From contig CAYVLY010000001.1 of NCBI GenBank assembly GCA_964452565.1, positions 451,053 to 515,052 of the forward strand: DNA of 64,000 nucleotides, written 5' to 3'. This DNA comes from an uncultured Gammaproteobacteria bacterium (lineage in GTDB: Bacteria > Patescibacteriota > Patescibacteriia > UBA9934). Made by a program: the position numbers and the translations under genes. Each line of letters starts with the position of its first letter. The stretch's first letter is position 1. Of this stretch, positions 29,292-38,613 are shown in pieces. The notes under the pieces were generated by a model. It did not search any database, was not told the DNA's origin, and saw nothing but the letters and a program-made list of their open reading frames with translations.

Positions 29292-31148
29292 TTACTGAAC
29301 ATTGACCCTGTGGGGTCGCGGTCCGGATCCAGAGGAGAACTTGGAGCCTCCTGGATCCTGCGGCGTTGCTGTGATTCGGTAGTCGATGCCGTTGGAGAAC
29401 GTATCATCCCACGATATCGTAGCCTGGTAGGCGCCACCACGCGTGGCAAGCGGTTTGGACTTGTATGCACCCGAGTTTGTCGGACGATAGTAGACCACCA
29501 CCTTGTAGCTGCCTTCTGGGTGCACGCGCGCCTTGACCATGAAATCCTGGCCGATAGTGAGCGAACTCACTGGCACGTGCTGGATCCCAGGCTCGATGGT
29601 TGGCTCAGGCTCAGGTGCGGCGACCATAGCCTCAGGTTCAGGTTCGACCGTCACCTCGGGCTCGATCAGCACTTCTGGCTCAGGGATCTCAATGACTGGC
29701 TCAGGCTCAGGGGCCTTGGCAACCGAATCAGGTTCGATCGGATCGGGCACCGGAACGACTTCAGGCTCAGGCTCGATCACCACTTCAGGTTCGATCTGTA
29801 CCAATGCTTCGAGCTCGACAACCTTGGCTGCCTCAGGGCTGGGACCATGGGTTTCGATCTGTACCTCAGGCTCGGGCTCGGGAACTACGATCGGTTCTGG
29901 GTCCGACATGCCGGCCAGTTCGACCACAGGCTCCGATGCAGTAGCCTCTGGCGTCGCATCACCATCACCGAAGAGGACCATCCCCGCAACACAGAGCAAG
30001 ACCACTAGCCCAATGATTGCCACTGGGATGGGCCACCTGCTCCTGCGAGGTGTCGGTACATCGTCAGACAGACTATCGCCGGGCAGAACCGTGTGACCAC
30101 CTGGATCAAACGTTGTGCCAGCACTTCGGAGACCATCCAGATCTTGATCACCACTGACTGCATGCCCGTAACGTTCCTCAGGAACTTCGAGCTCCTCAGG
30201 AACCATTGTGCCGCCAGGCGGGACGACGCTCTGTGGCTCAGCCTCTACGGCCTCAGGCACACTAGCAAGCGCTTCATCAGGCTCGGACTCTGGTTCGACC
30301 ACCACCTCAGGTTCGGGCGGATCGTCAGGAAGCTCGTCGTAGATCGCACGAAGCGCATCGATCATCTCTTGCGCGCTCTGAAAGCGATCTTTGCGATTGT
30401 ACTTCGTTGCTTGCTCGATAAGCCCACGGAACACCTCAGGCACACTATTGAGCATATCAAGATCAAGCTCGCACGATTGAAGGTCTGGAGGAACTTCTAC
30501 CCCAACCAGCATGCAGTACAGCGTTGCGCCAACAGCGAAGATGTCAGAACGCAGATCTACGGAAGATCCATCACTCTTCTGCTCTGGCGACATGAAGCCA
30601 AACGTTCCCATCGGGGTACCGATCTTGGTAAGGCCTGTATCTTCGAGCTCCATCTGAACGATGCCGAAGTCAGTGACCTTCACCGCACCATCCTCAGTGA
30701 AAAGGATGTTCGCGGGCTTAATGTCACGGTGTACCATACCACGACCATGTGCGAGAGACAGTGCTCTGAGAACTGCAATACACACGCTAGCAGACCACTT
30801 CTGGCCTAGCGAACCGCGTTGATGAATCCTGTTAAGCAACGAGCCACCGGTGATGAATTCCATAACAATGAACTGCTTATCGCCACCATCACCATTACCG
30901 AATACGTCGTAGACAGATACGATGTGGTGGTGCCTAAGCCTTGCCATCGCCTTAGCTTCACGTACAAATCGCTCGCGAATCATCGGCCTATGAGACAGAT
31001 TGGGCAGCAACATCTTGATAGCAACTTCTGCATCCAGAGCGGTATTAGTCGCCCTGTACACCACTGCCATACCCCCCTCACCAATGATGGAGCCCAACTC
31101 ATACTTACCATCCGCAAGGAAGCGGTCTGGCGTTTTTTTCGAAGTCAT
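29292..31148 (-). CDS. Hanks-type Ser/Thr protein kinase with one transmembrane helix, a Pro/Glu-rich (PEPE repeat) extracytoplasmic linker and a roughly 90-aa C-terminal domain
   Basis: Kinase subdomains are present: GEGGMAVVYRA, VAIK, HRDIKPANIL, DFG and SPEQ. The transmembrane helix is WPIPVAIIGLVVLLCVAGMVLFG. The gene is about 62% GC, and AAGGAG sits 6 nt before the ATG. Confidence 0.85.
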   Translation of the reverse strand: MTSKKTPDRFLADGKYELGSIIGEGGMAVVYRATNTALDAEVAIKMLLPNLSHRPMIRERFVREAKAMARLRHHHIVSVYDVFGNGDGGDKQFIVMEFITGGSLLNRIHQRGSLGQKWSASVCIAVLRALSLAHGRGMVHRDIKPANILFTEDGAVKVTDFGIVQMELEDTGLTKIGTPMGTFGFMSPEQKSDGSSVDLRSDIFAVGATLYCMLVGVEVPPDLQSCELDLDMLNSVPEVFRGLIEQATKYNRKDRFQSAQEMIDALRAIYDELPDDPPEPEVVVEPESEPDEALASVPEAVEAEPQSVVPPGGTMVPEELEVPEERYGHAVSGDQDLDGLRSAGTTFDPGGHTVLPGDSLSDDVPTPRRSRWPIPVAIIGLVVLLCVAGMVLFGDGDATPEATASEPVVELAGMSDPEPIVVPEPEPEVQIETHGPSPEAAKVVELEALVQIEPEVVIEPEPEVVPVPDPIEPDSVAKAPEPEPVIEIPEPEVLIEPEVTVEPEPEAMVAAPEPEPTIEPGIQHVPVSSLTIGQDFMVKARVHPEGSYKVVVYYRPTNSGAYKSKPLATRGGAYQATISWDDTFSNGIDYRITATPQDPGGSKFSSGSGPRPHRVNVQ

Positions 31149-31219
31149 GCACCTCTCCTTGTCGAATGTGCAAAAGAACGCTCCTCACCTGACCCTGTGT
31201 CAGATTTGGAGAAGATGGG

Positions 31220-31248
31220 ACTATACTTAAAATAGCAGAAATAATCAA
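31220..31248 (-). promoter_or_regulatory. sigma70-like promoter for the kinase gene: TTGATT, 17-nt spacer, TATAGT
   Basis: Read on the minus strand upstream of the strong Shine-Dalgarno motif (AAGGAG) and ATG at 31148. Confidence 0.45.
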
Positions 31249-31272
31249 GAATCGCACCCCTGGATGCGATTC
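31249..31272 (-). terminator. Intrinsic terminator after gdhA: stem GAATCGCA / TGCGATTC followed by a T-rich tract
   Basis: An 8-bp perfect stem with the loop cccctgga, then ttgattatttctgctatttt on the minus strand. Confidence 0.55.
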
Positions 31273-31290
31273 TCTGAATAATTATGTTAT

Positions 31291-32505
31291 TCACCAATTT
31301 TTAGGCGCTGCTTCCTGCAATCTTTCAAGAGCTAGGATGAATGCCCCACGCCGAAAGTCTGTTTTATACTTTTGCTTACGCTCCCATACCTCATTTGCTG
31401 CATCAGTCATCGCTTTCTTCAACTTATCGTCAACTTCTTCCTCAGTCCAAGTCTCCCCCTTCATATTCTGGTCCCACTCATAGTAACTGACTGTCACCCC
31501 ACCAGAGTTTGCAAGAATATCTGGAATAACCTCAACTCCACGTTCGTGCAAAATGTCATCTGCCTCAGGTGTTGTCGGCCCGTTAGCAAGTTCAAGAACC
31601 ACACGAGCTTTAATGCTCGCAGCGTTGTCCTTTGTGATTTGATTTTCAAGCGCCGCCGGAATCAACAAGCCACACTCAAGCTCAAGTAACTCCTCATTTG
31701 TAATATCCTCTGCGCTATCAAACCCCTGAACAGTGCGTGTTGCATCCTTATGACCTTCGAGCGCATCAACATCAAGCCCCAAAGGATTGTAAACACCACC
31801 ACGCGAGTCAGAAACAGCAACTACCTTCCACCCATGTCGATTTAACAGCGTTGCCATGATGCGTCCAGCATTTCCAAAGCCTTGAATAACAGCTGTGCGC
31901 ATCTCAGGCTCAAGGTGTAACTTATCAATCAAAGTATCAAGAACATAATATCCACCTGTCGCAGTTGCAGTTCCTCGGCCAGCACTCCCACCAGCTTCGA
32001 TAGGCTTTCCAGTCACAACCGCAGGGTGACCAAACTCATCTGCAATCCATGCCATCTCACGAGGAGAGGTGTTGACGTCCGGCGCTGGAACATCAACTTC
32101 CGGACCAATCACATCCTTCATTCCACGCGTCCACCCGCGAGTAAGCTTCTCTATTTCAGATTCTGATAATTCCTTTGGATTTACAACTACACCGCCTTTT
32201 CCTCCACCCATTGGAATACCAGCAACTGCACACTTGAATGTCATCCAAGTAGCAAGTGCTTTCACTTCTTGAAGATCAACCTGTTGATGATAACGAATCC
32301 CGCCCTTAAACGGTCCGCGCCAGTTATTGTGCTGAACGCGAAAACCCTCGAACACACGCTCTGAACCATCATCCATGGTTACAGGGATGTCGATCTTTAC
32401 TTCATTCATCGGCACGAAAAGCTTTGACAAAATCTGCTCGTCGATCTTAGCTAAATCTGCCGCTCTACGAATCTGATTAATTGCATTATCAAATACTGTA
32501 CTCAT
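31291..32505 (-). CDS. gdhA: NAD(P)-specific glutamate dehydrogenase
   Basis: 404 aa: FRVQHNNWRGPFKGGIRYH...GIPMGGGKGG... matches the Glu/Leu/Phe/Val dehydrogenase family. Confidence 0.9.
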   Translation of the reverse strand: MSTVFDNAINQIRRAADLAKIDEQILSKLFVPMNEVKIDIPVTMDDGSERVFEGFRVQHNNWRGPFKGGIRYHQQVDLQEVKALATWMTFKCAVAGIPMGGGKGGVVVNPKELSESEIEKLTRGWTRGMKDVIGPEVDVPAPDVNTSPREMAWIADEFGHPAVVTGKPIEAGGSAGRGTATATGGYYVLDTLIDKLHLEPEMRTAVIQGFGNAGRIMATLLNRHGWKVVAVSDSRGGVYNPLGLDVDALEGHKDATRTVQGFDSAEDITNEELLELECGLLIPAALENQITKDNAASIKARVVLELANGPTTPEADDILHERGVEVIPDILANSGGVTVSYYEWDQNMKGETWTEEEVDDKLKKAMTDAANEVWERKQKYKTDFRRGAFILALERLQEAAPKNW

Positions 32506-32509
32506 ATTG

Positions 32510-32620
32510 GAGGAGGGTGATAGAGGTTATTAAGGGTAATAAGAGGTGATAGAGGTTATTAAAGGTGATGAAAGACAATAATCACTTTTTATCACCTTTT
32601 CAACCTTTAATCACTTTTGT
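32510..32620. repeat. Cluster of GGTGAT and ATCAC(C) hexamers arranged as inverted arrays, including an 18-nt direct repeat ggtgatagaggttattaa present twice, lying upstream of gdhA
   Basis: GGTGAT occurs at 32516, 32545 and 32564. ATCAC occurs at 32581, 32591 and 32610. aaaggtgat and atcaccttt are reverse complements. Confidence 0.5.
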
Positions 32621-33530
32621 CAGCCAACCATCTCTCAGCATCAAGTGCTGCGATGCAACCAGTCCCAGCTGAGGTTATTGCCTGGCGATACCATGGATCA
32701 ATAACATCTCCACAAGCATAAACACCTTCAACGCTTGTTTTGGATGTCCCTGGTTGATTTTTGATATAACCCTTATCCAGTTCGATCTGTTCGTTCAAAA
32801 ATTCTGTGTTTGGCTTGTGCCCGATAGCCACGAAAAATCCGTCCGCAGGAATATCAGATTCTTCTTGAGTCTTATTATTAACAGCACGAACAGTCTCGAG
32901 CTTGTCAGTTCCAATCAACTCCCTGGTCTCTGTATTCCACATAAAGTTGATCTTTGGATTATCCATAGCACGCTTTTGCATGATCTTTGAAGCCCGCAGC
33001 TCATCGCGTCGAACCAATATAGTGACAGATTCTGCAAATCGAGTTAAGAACATGGCCTCCTCCATTGCCGAATCACCGCCGCCAACCATCACGATCTTTT
33101 TGTCGCGGAAAAAGAAACCATCACATGTCGCACATGCTGAAACTCCCTTGCCTTTGAGTTCATCCTCACCAGGAACTCCCAACCAGCGTGCTGAAGCGCC
33201 TGTTGCGATAATCACCGCATCGGCTTCATACTCACCCTGATCAGTCTTCATTTTGAATGGCCGCTCTGAAAAATTAATCTCAGTCACAGTTGAATCAACA
33301 ACCTCTGTTCCGAAACGCACAGCCTGAGCTTTAAGATTGTCCATGAGTTGTGTTCCCATAATCCCTTCAGGCTCTCCTGGCCAATTCTCAACCTCAGTTG
33401 TGGTTGTAAGCTGACCACCGGGCTGTTGTCCTGTAAATAAAAGAGGCTGCAAATCAGCCCGAGCAGCATAAATAGCCGCTGTGTATCCGGCAGGCCCGGA
33501 TCCAATAATAATCAATCGACGCTTTTCCAT
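32607..33530 (-). CDS. trxB: thioredoxin-disulfide reductase
   Basis: 307 aa: IIGSGPAGYTAAIYAARA, the redox centre CATCDGFF, and a GGGDSAMEEA NADPH-binding site. Confidence 0.92.
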   Translation of the reverse strand: MEKRRLIIIGSGPAGYTAAIYAARADLQPLLFTGQQPGGQLTTTTEVENWPGEPEGIMGTQLMDNLKAQAVRFGTEVVDSTVTEINFSERPFKMKTDQGEYEADAVIIATGASARWLGVPGEDELKGKGVSACATCDGFFFRDKKIVMVGGGDSAMEEAMFLTRFAESVTILVRRDELRASKIMQKRAMDNPKINFMWNTETRELIGTDKLETVRAVNNKTQEESDIPADGFFVAIGHKPNTEFLNEQIELDKGYIKNQPGTSKTSVEGVYACGDVIDPWYRQAITSAGTGCIAALDAERWLADKSD

Positions 33531-33590
33531 ACGAAAGCTATTTTAGCACATGCAATCCTGGCTCCGCCATGTTTATCCACCGATTTGATC

Positions 33591-33617
33591 AAAAAAACCG
33601 ACTTTCGTCGGTTTTGT
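33591..33617. terminator. Bidirectional intrinsic terminator between trxA and trxB: ACCGAC tttc GTCGGT with A and T runs on both sides
   Basis: aaaaaaaccgactttcgtcggttttgtc. Confidence 0.55.
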
Positions 33618-33650
33618 CTGTGTTCTAGGTTCTGGCGTCTGAGTTCTGCA

Positions 33651-33962
33651 TTATTCAACATGCTTCTCAATCCGCTCCTTCAACATCTCCTTATTCATTG
33701 ATCCAGAAAACTGCTCTACAACCTGTCCTGATTTGAAAACAATGAAAGTCGGAATTGATAGAATATTAAACTGACGTGCTAGGTCCGGATTATCATCAAC
33801 ATTTACCTTTCCTACCACCACCCCATCAAGCTCTTCGGCAAGCTCATCCACAATTGGACTCATCATTTTGCAAGGCCCGCACCACTCAGCCCAAAAATCA
33901 ACCAAAACAAGCCCATCGGCTTGAAGTACTTTCTCATCAAAAGTATCTGTTGTTAACTCCAT
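33651..33962 (-). CDS. trxA: thioredoxin
   Basis: 103 aa with the WCGPC active site. Confidence 0.92.
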   Translation of the reverse strand: MELTTDTFDEKVLQADGLVLVDFWAEWCGPCKMMSPIVDELAEELDGVVVGKVNVDDNPDLARQFNILSIPTFIVFKSGQVVEQFSGSMNKEMLKERIEKHVE

Positions 33963-34210
33963 AGTTTTATTTTATGAATCGGCAAAAAGTATTTTACCAT
34001 ATTCGAATTTTCTGACAATAAAAATGAAGACACCCGGCCGCGAGGGGTCGGGTGTCAACGGATGCGCCGAGCTCGGCGCAACATGTGGCAGTAGAGACTC
34101 ACAAGATCAGCCCTGCCAAGCTGACCAAGATGATCTGGCCCATCGGTGCCATCGAAGACGATCACTCGCCCTCAGCACTCGTGGACCAACTCGTCGGCGC
34201 CGTCGCAGGC

Positions 34211-34336
34211 TCAGGTCTGCATGTAGTGGCGCAGGCGGCGGTCGACGTCGGCCTCGATGTCCTTGGCAGCGAAGGATTCGGCATAGCAGCGCGATGACAG
34301 GCGGGCGAGGGCGAAGGTGCGCGGGGGATCGTTCAT
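34211..34336 (-). CDS. Possible 41-aa small ORF (MNDPPRTFALARLSSRCYAESFAAKDIEADVDRRLRHYMQT) inside a 66% GC island
   Basis: It is the only frame in 34000-34450 that reads like a protein. The overlapping longer ORFs on both strands are Arg/Gly-rich and are treated as GC artefacts. Confidence 0.2.
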   Translation of the reverse strand: MNDPPRTFALARLSSRCYAESFAAKDIEADVDRRLRHYMQT

Positions 34337-34504
34337 GGTTCGTTGGCTCCTGGATGAGTTTCACCGAAGCAGACTCTGACTATTCTGCTACCACGGTTTC
34401 GAAACGCTTGCGCGCTCCGCACAGGCTGCCCTAGGCAGGCTTCCTGTGGTCAGGAGCCAAAATGTAACAAAAACAACCAGGTCTGTCAACCCCTTTTGCA
34501 TAAA

Positions 34505-34533
34505 TTGACACATTGCTGATTATCCTTTAATTT
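34505..34533 (+). promoter_or_regulatory. sigma70-like promoter: TTGACA, 17-nt spacer, TAATTT
   Basis: ttgaca cattgctgattatcctt taattt, about 45 nt upstream of 34578. Confidence 0.5.
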
Positions 34534-34577
34534 AAATATATCCATCCTCTAAAACACTCAGACCAAAGGAACGCCCA

Positions 34578-35069
34578 ATGTCTGGCTACAATCCCCAAGA
34601 TACACTCGAAGGAATGCTGCTCGCACTTCTCCACACCATGAAAAAAAACGCAGACCACTTGGCTGCATCACACTCTAATAGGGCCCAAGAGGCCAGAACA
34701 GAAATGCTACGTGTTCACGAGCAAATGTCCGACAGGCTCACTGCCCTACCAGGCACTGGTGTCTGGATGGGAAGGGAACGAATTCGGCTGATAGAAACAC
34801 TTGTCAGCGCTGCTGACAAACTCCATCATGGAGCAACCCAGATACAGATCAGGGAACAGGTCCAGACATGCTTCAGCTTCTTTGATGCTATCTGCACCCA
34901 GATATCCGATAACGGTGTTCGAGCCAAGCAATTCTGCCGACAACCGCTGGGGCTCATCGCTGAGCTAGTGATGCGAATCGACAGTGGCGAACACCAAAAC
35001 AACGATCTTCACCGATGGCTTGACCAGGAGATCGCTAAATTGCGCCAGGCTGCACTACACAGTGAATAG
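34578..35069 (+). CDS. Hypothetical helical protein (163 aa)
   Basis: An ORF with a promoter, a Shine-Dalgarno motif (AAAGGA) and a downstream bidirectional terminator. No family was recognised. Confidence 0.5.
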   Translation: MSGYNPQDTLEGMLLALLHTMKKNADHLAASHSNRAQEARTEMLRVHEQMSDRLTALPGTGVWMGRERIRLIETLVSAADKLHHGATQIQIREQVQTCFSFFDAICTQISDNGVRAKQFCRQPLGLIAELVMRIDSGEHQNNDLHRWLDQEIAKLRQAALHSE

Positions 35070-35160
35070 CCTTGGTGCTTTCGCCTGACACCTCTTTCCC
35101 CGCCTCCAAACGGAAGTGGGGAATCTTGCTTTATGAACCCAAGGTTGAACCTTAAAGCCA

Positions 35161-35187
35161 AAAACCAGCTATGAGCTGGTTTTTAGT
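35161..35187. terminator. Bidirectional terminator between the convergent 34578..35069 and infB genes: aaaaaCCAGCTatgAGCTGGttttt
   Basis: A perfect 6-bp stem flanked by A5 and T5 runs. Confidence 0.6.
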
Positions 35188-35230
35188 AATGAGCCCCTAA
35201 TCTAAGTCAGGGATGATAAATTCTAATATT

Positions 35231-37258
35231 TCACTTGGCTCCTTCAATATCGAGCGTTCGAGCCTTTTCTTCCTCACGATAAATCTCTAGGATATCTCCC
35301 TCTTCAATCTTTGCCTTTCCAGCAAACTCAATTCCACACTCATTACCTCGCTCAACTTCCTTCACATCCATCTTACCCATCTGTAACCCCTTAATCTTCC
35401 CCTCAGCAATCACTTCCTCATCTCGTACAACACGAGCGGTTGCACCAACTTCTACAACACCCTTTTTGACATGCCCTCCAACAATCATTCCCTTTTGCAG
35501 TTTCTGGAATGTTGCGCGAATGTCCACTGCTCCAAGCTCAGTATAAACCTGCTCTGCAGGAATAAGAATCCGAAGCTTCTCAACCAAATCTTCAAACAAC
35601 TTATAGATCACAGTGTACTGGCTCAACTTTACCCTCTTATCACGCGCCAGCGTCTCAACTGCAGTAGGTGGCTTTACATTAAAAGCGAACACCCATGCCT
35701 TTGTTGCCTCAGCGTTCAAGATATCTGCGTCAGTCACATTCCCAAGCCCCTTAGATATGACCTTTACTCCCACATGTGGGTTGTCGATCTTCTCAATCAT
35801 TCCAAGTACGGCCTCAAGTGAACCAAGGACATCTGCTCGTATAACAATATTTAGCATCACCTTCTTATCTCCATCACTCTCGTCGTCTGAATCTACTTCA
35901 GCCTGTGAGGTATGTACCTTCATCTCATCAGCCCCAGCCTTTCGTGTTGGTTGTGCCTTAAGTTTTTGAAGTGACTTTGGATCCTCTGGGACCTCCATTA
36001 CATCTCCGATTGACGGTGCTGCCTTAAACCCGAGAATTCGCACAGGAGTAGACGGCTTTGCCTCCTTGATACTGTGGCCGTCCCATGTTTGCATGGCACG
36101 CACCTTTCCGTAACCAGTACCACGTACGCCAAGTGAATCTCCCAAATTCAATGTTCCAGACTGAACAAGAACTGTGGCCACTGGCCCACGTGTCTTATCA
36201 ACTTTTGATTCAATAATTGTTCCAATGGCACTTCTATCAGCATCGGCTACAATCTTTTCCTTATGCATGTCAGCCACAAGAATCAGCATGTCCAAAATCT
36301 GATCAATATTTTTTCCTTGCTTTGCAGAGATTGGAACCATGACTGTATCTCCGCCATAATCTTCAGGAATCAATCCAAACTCTGAAAGTTGACTCTTCAC
36401 CATGTCGATATTTGCATTCTCTTTATCAATCTTGTTGATTGCTACAATAAATGGCATCTTTGATGCTTTGACAATATCAATTACTTCACGAGTCTGGGGT
36501 TGCACTCCATCATCTGCTGCCACAACAATAATCGCGATGTCAGCAACCTTTGCTCCACGCGATCGCATCACTGTAAAAGCTTCGTGTCCCGGAGTGTCAA
36601 TAAATGTGAGTTCACGATCCTGTCGAGTGACCTGGTAAGCACCAATGTGCTGTGTGATTCCTCCGTGTTCAGTGTCAATAACGTTTGTATCTCGAATCGC
36701 ATCAAGCAACTTTGTTTTACCATGATCAACATGGCCCATCACGACAATAACTGGTGGTCGCTCCTCTGCACCATCTTGATCCGCAAGTACTCCCTCAAGC
36801 TTCTCTAGGCCCTCCTCATCTGCCGCCTTTGCCTCAGTATCCTCTGGCTCTGCAATAAATCCAAGATCAGCTGCAATGATTGCAGCGCTGTCAAAATCAA
36901 TTCGTTCGTTTAGTGATGCCAAGATTCCAGCGCGCATCAACTCTTGCATAACCTTTGCAATCGGCATCTCAAGCTTGTCTGCAAAATCACGTACAGTTAT
37001 TGCACTTGGCAGATAGATCTTCTGAGCTGTCCCCTCTACCACTTTTTGCTTGCGCTCTGCACGTGCTCGCTGCTCATCACGCTTTTTTGCCAAAAACTGA
37101 CGCTTTCTATACTGACGCCATGCATATTGGATTCGTCCAGCCTCGCGGTCTGGTATCTTGATCGCCTTTGCTCCAATATCAAAACCGAGCTCGGGTAATT
37201 TGTCTCTAAGCTCGTCAGTCGAAACACGCAATCTTCGGGCTAATTCTGAAATATTCAT
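35231..37258 (-). CDS. infB: translation initiation factor IF-2 (short form)
   Basis: 675 aa: [33 protein letters not shown], and the beta-barrel domains. Confidence 0.95.
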   Translation of the reverse strand: MNISELARRLRVSTDELRDKLPELGFDIGAKAIKIPDREAGRIQYAWRQYRKRQFLAKKRDEQRARAERKQKVVEGTAQKIYLPSAITVRDFADKLEMPIAKVMQELMRAGILASLNERIDFDSAAIIAADLGFIAEPEDTEAKAADEEGLEKLEGVLADQDGAEERPPVIVVMGHVDHGKTKLLDAIRDTNVIDTEHGGITQHIGAYQVTRQDRELTFIDTPGHEAFTVMRSRGAKVADIAIIVVAADDGVQPQTREVIDIVKASKMPFIVAINKIDKENANIDMVKSQLSEFGLIPEDYGGDTVMVPISAKQGKNIDQILDMLILVADMHKEKIVADADRSAIGTIIESKVDKTRGPVATVLVQSGTLNLGDSLGVRGTGYGKVRAMQTWDGHSIKEAKPSTPVRILGFKAAPSIGDVMEVPEDPKSLQKLKAQPTRKAGADEMKVHTSQAEVDSDDESDGDKKVMLNIVIRADVLGSLEAVLGMIEKIDNPHVGVKVISKGLGNVTDADILNAEATKAWVFAFNVKPPTAVETLARDKRVKLSQYTVIYKLFEDLVEKLRILIPAEQVYTELGAVDIRATFQKLQKGMIVGGHVKKGVVEVGATARVVRDEEVIAEGKIKGLQMGKMDVKEVERGNECGIEFAGKAKIEEGDILEIYREEEKARTLDIEGAK

Positions 37259-37440
37259 GGCGCAAGAATACGAAAATTAGGGAAAAATGTCAATCGACGG
37301 TCGCAATTGGTGTTGTTCCAGAGACCGTCGTCCTGAGCGACCGAGCGTTTACGCGAGGAGTGAAGGATCTCCAAAAACAAAGAACCCCCACTGCCGCAAG
37401 GACCGAGGGGGTCCAATGCGGGCGGGGGTGAGGTGGGTAG

Positions 37441-37941
37441 CTAGTCCCAGGCGGGATCGGGCTGGCCATCCGGGACGGTGAGGGTCATGCAGGCGGCCTC
37501 GAACGAACCCTCGGGGTACACAGGCTTGCTTGAGGGTTCGAGCTGGTCCTCGTGCTCACCATCGAGCCAGGCGTTCACGTCCGCATCCGAGTCCTCAAGG
37601 TCGGGGGTGAAGTCGGCCAGATTGTGCTCGAACTGCTCCGCGAAGCTTTCCACCTGGTAGAGGATGCCGAGCATATCCATCTCGACCTCAGCCACAGGCG
37701 TGCACAGAACGCAGAGGTGGATGTCACCATCCTCCCTGAAGCGGCGGAAGACCTTGTAGGCCGGGCCGATCGAGACACTCGGGTTCTGCACGTACTGGCC
37801 CACCTGGATCTGGCCGAGCGTATCCACGGTAACACCATCGTACACATCCCGTCCGAAGCGCCAGGCGTGCACGACCTCCGCATCAGACTCCTCGCTCGCA
37901 CGCAGCTCCACGATCACATTCTCGAACTTACGGATAGCCAT
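37441..37941 (-). CDS. Hypothetical acidic protein in a GC-rich cassette (166 aa)
   Basis: About 60% GC. It is driven by the conserved promoter-leader module at 38035-38103 shared with 60653..60982. Confidence 0.5.
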   Translation of the reverse strand: MAIRKFENVIVELRASEESDAEVVHAWRFGRDVYDGVTVDTLGQIQVGQYVQNPSVSIGPAYKVFRRFREDGDIHLCVLCTPVAEVEMDMLGILYQVESFAEQFEHNLADFTPDLEDSDADVNAWLDGEHEDQLEPSSKPVYPEGSFEAACMTLTVPDGQPDPAWD

Positions 37942-38034
37942 GGTAGGCTCCTCTTAGCTAGGGTGGAAGTATTGGGAAAGGGGGATCTGATAACGATGTT
38001 CGCTATTCAAACCTCCTTTTCCCAAACATACCTA

Positions 38035-38103
38035 TTTCAAATGAACGGCTAAGAATAGCACAAAAAAGGCCTTTTGTCAAGCCTTTTTGCTAATTTTAGC
38101 CTT
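38035..38103 (-). repeat. Copy A of a roughly 68-nt conserved promoter-leader module: on the minus strand TTGACA, 17-nt spacer, TATTCT, followed by a conserved +1 region GTTCATTTGAAATAGGTATGTT
   Basis: About 85% identical to 61085-61152. The -35 is at 38075-38080 and the -10 at 38052-38057 (minus strand). Confidence 0.6.
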
Positions 38104-38115
38104 GTTTTGTAGGAA

Positions 38116-38607
38116 TTACTGAATCAAACTCATTAACCGCACGTGTTCTGCTCCAGACGGATCACAAGCACCAATTTCAAGAACCTCATCCTCAAATAGC
38201 ATGTAATACCCAGTACGAACTCGTGAAAAAGTCTCATCTGATGTATCAAATGGTAGCTCCTCCAAATAGCTCTCAGGTAGATATTCCTGAACATTGAGAC
38301 ATGCATCGGCCAACTCTACATCCTCACATTGATCACCAAATGATCCATCGCACCCCTCTCCTATTCCAATCATGACTTTCTGATACTGCGCCTGGAGAGC
38401 AACCTCGTAAAAAAGATCAACATCTGATGCTTGAAGCTCAAGCATCACTTCCATATAATCACGCACCCCATCAAGTTGCTGCTCCCGATACGCGTCTTCA
38501 AGTGAATCCTTTGGATTAGCAATCACAATTCCGATTAACAAAATCAAAGCCACAACTAGAACCGCTGTGATGACCTCTATGATTGTGTACCCACGTGGCT
38601 TATTCAT
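38116..38607 (-). CDS. Type IV pilin / pseudopilin-like protein with a prepilin N-terminal cleavage-methylation motif
   Basis: MNKPRG|YTIIEVITAVLVVALILLIGIVIA is a class III signal peptide with Glu at +5. Four Cys lie in the C-terminal domain. Confidence 0.65.
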   Translation of the reverse strand: MNKPRGYTIIEVITAVLVVALILLIGIVIANPKDSLEDAYREQQLDGVRDYMEVMLELQASDVDLFYEVALQAQYQKVMIGIGEGCDGSFGDQCEDVELADACLNVQEYLPESYLEELPFDTSDETFSRVRTGYYMLFEDEVLEIGACDPSGAEHVRLMSLIQ

Positions 38608-38613
38608 AAAATC

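Noticed and set aside
28104-30809. Long ORFs on the opposite strand or in alternative frames inside the GC-rich kinase island (28104..28532 -, 29310..30008 +, 29533..30096 +, 30093..30809 +)
   Set aside because: Arg/Gly/Ser-rich translations typical of antisense GC-rich DNA. They overlap a well-supported kinase gene and the secreted-protein genes.
37552-38052. Plus-strand ORF 37552..38052 and minus ORF 37575..37901 overlapping 37441..37941; similarly 57672..58082 -, 58149..58562 -, 34024..34434 +, 34107..34364 - and 49357..49839 +
   Set aside because: Same GC-rich antisense or alternative-frame artefact. The chosen frames have start codons with Shine-Dalgarno motifs and plausible protein-like composition.
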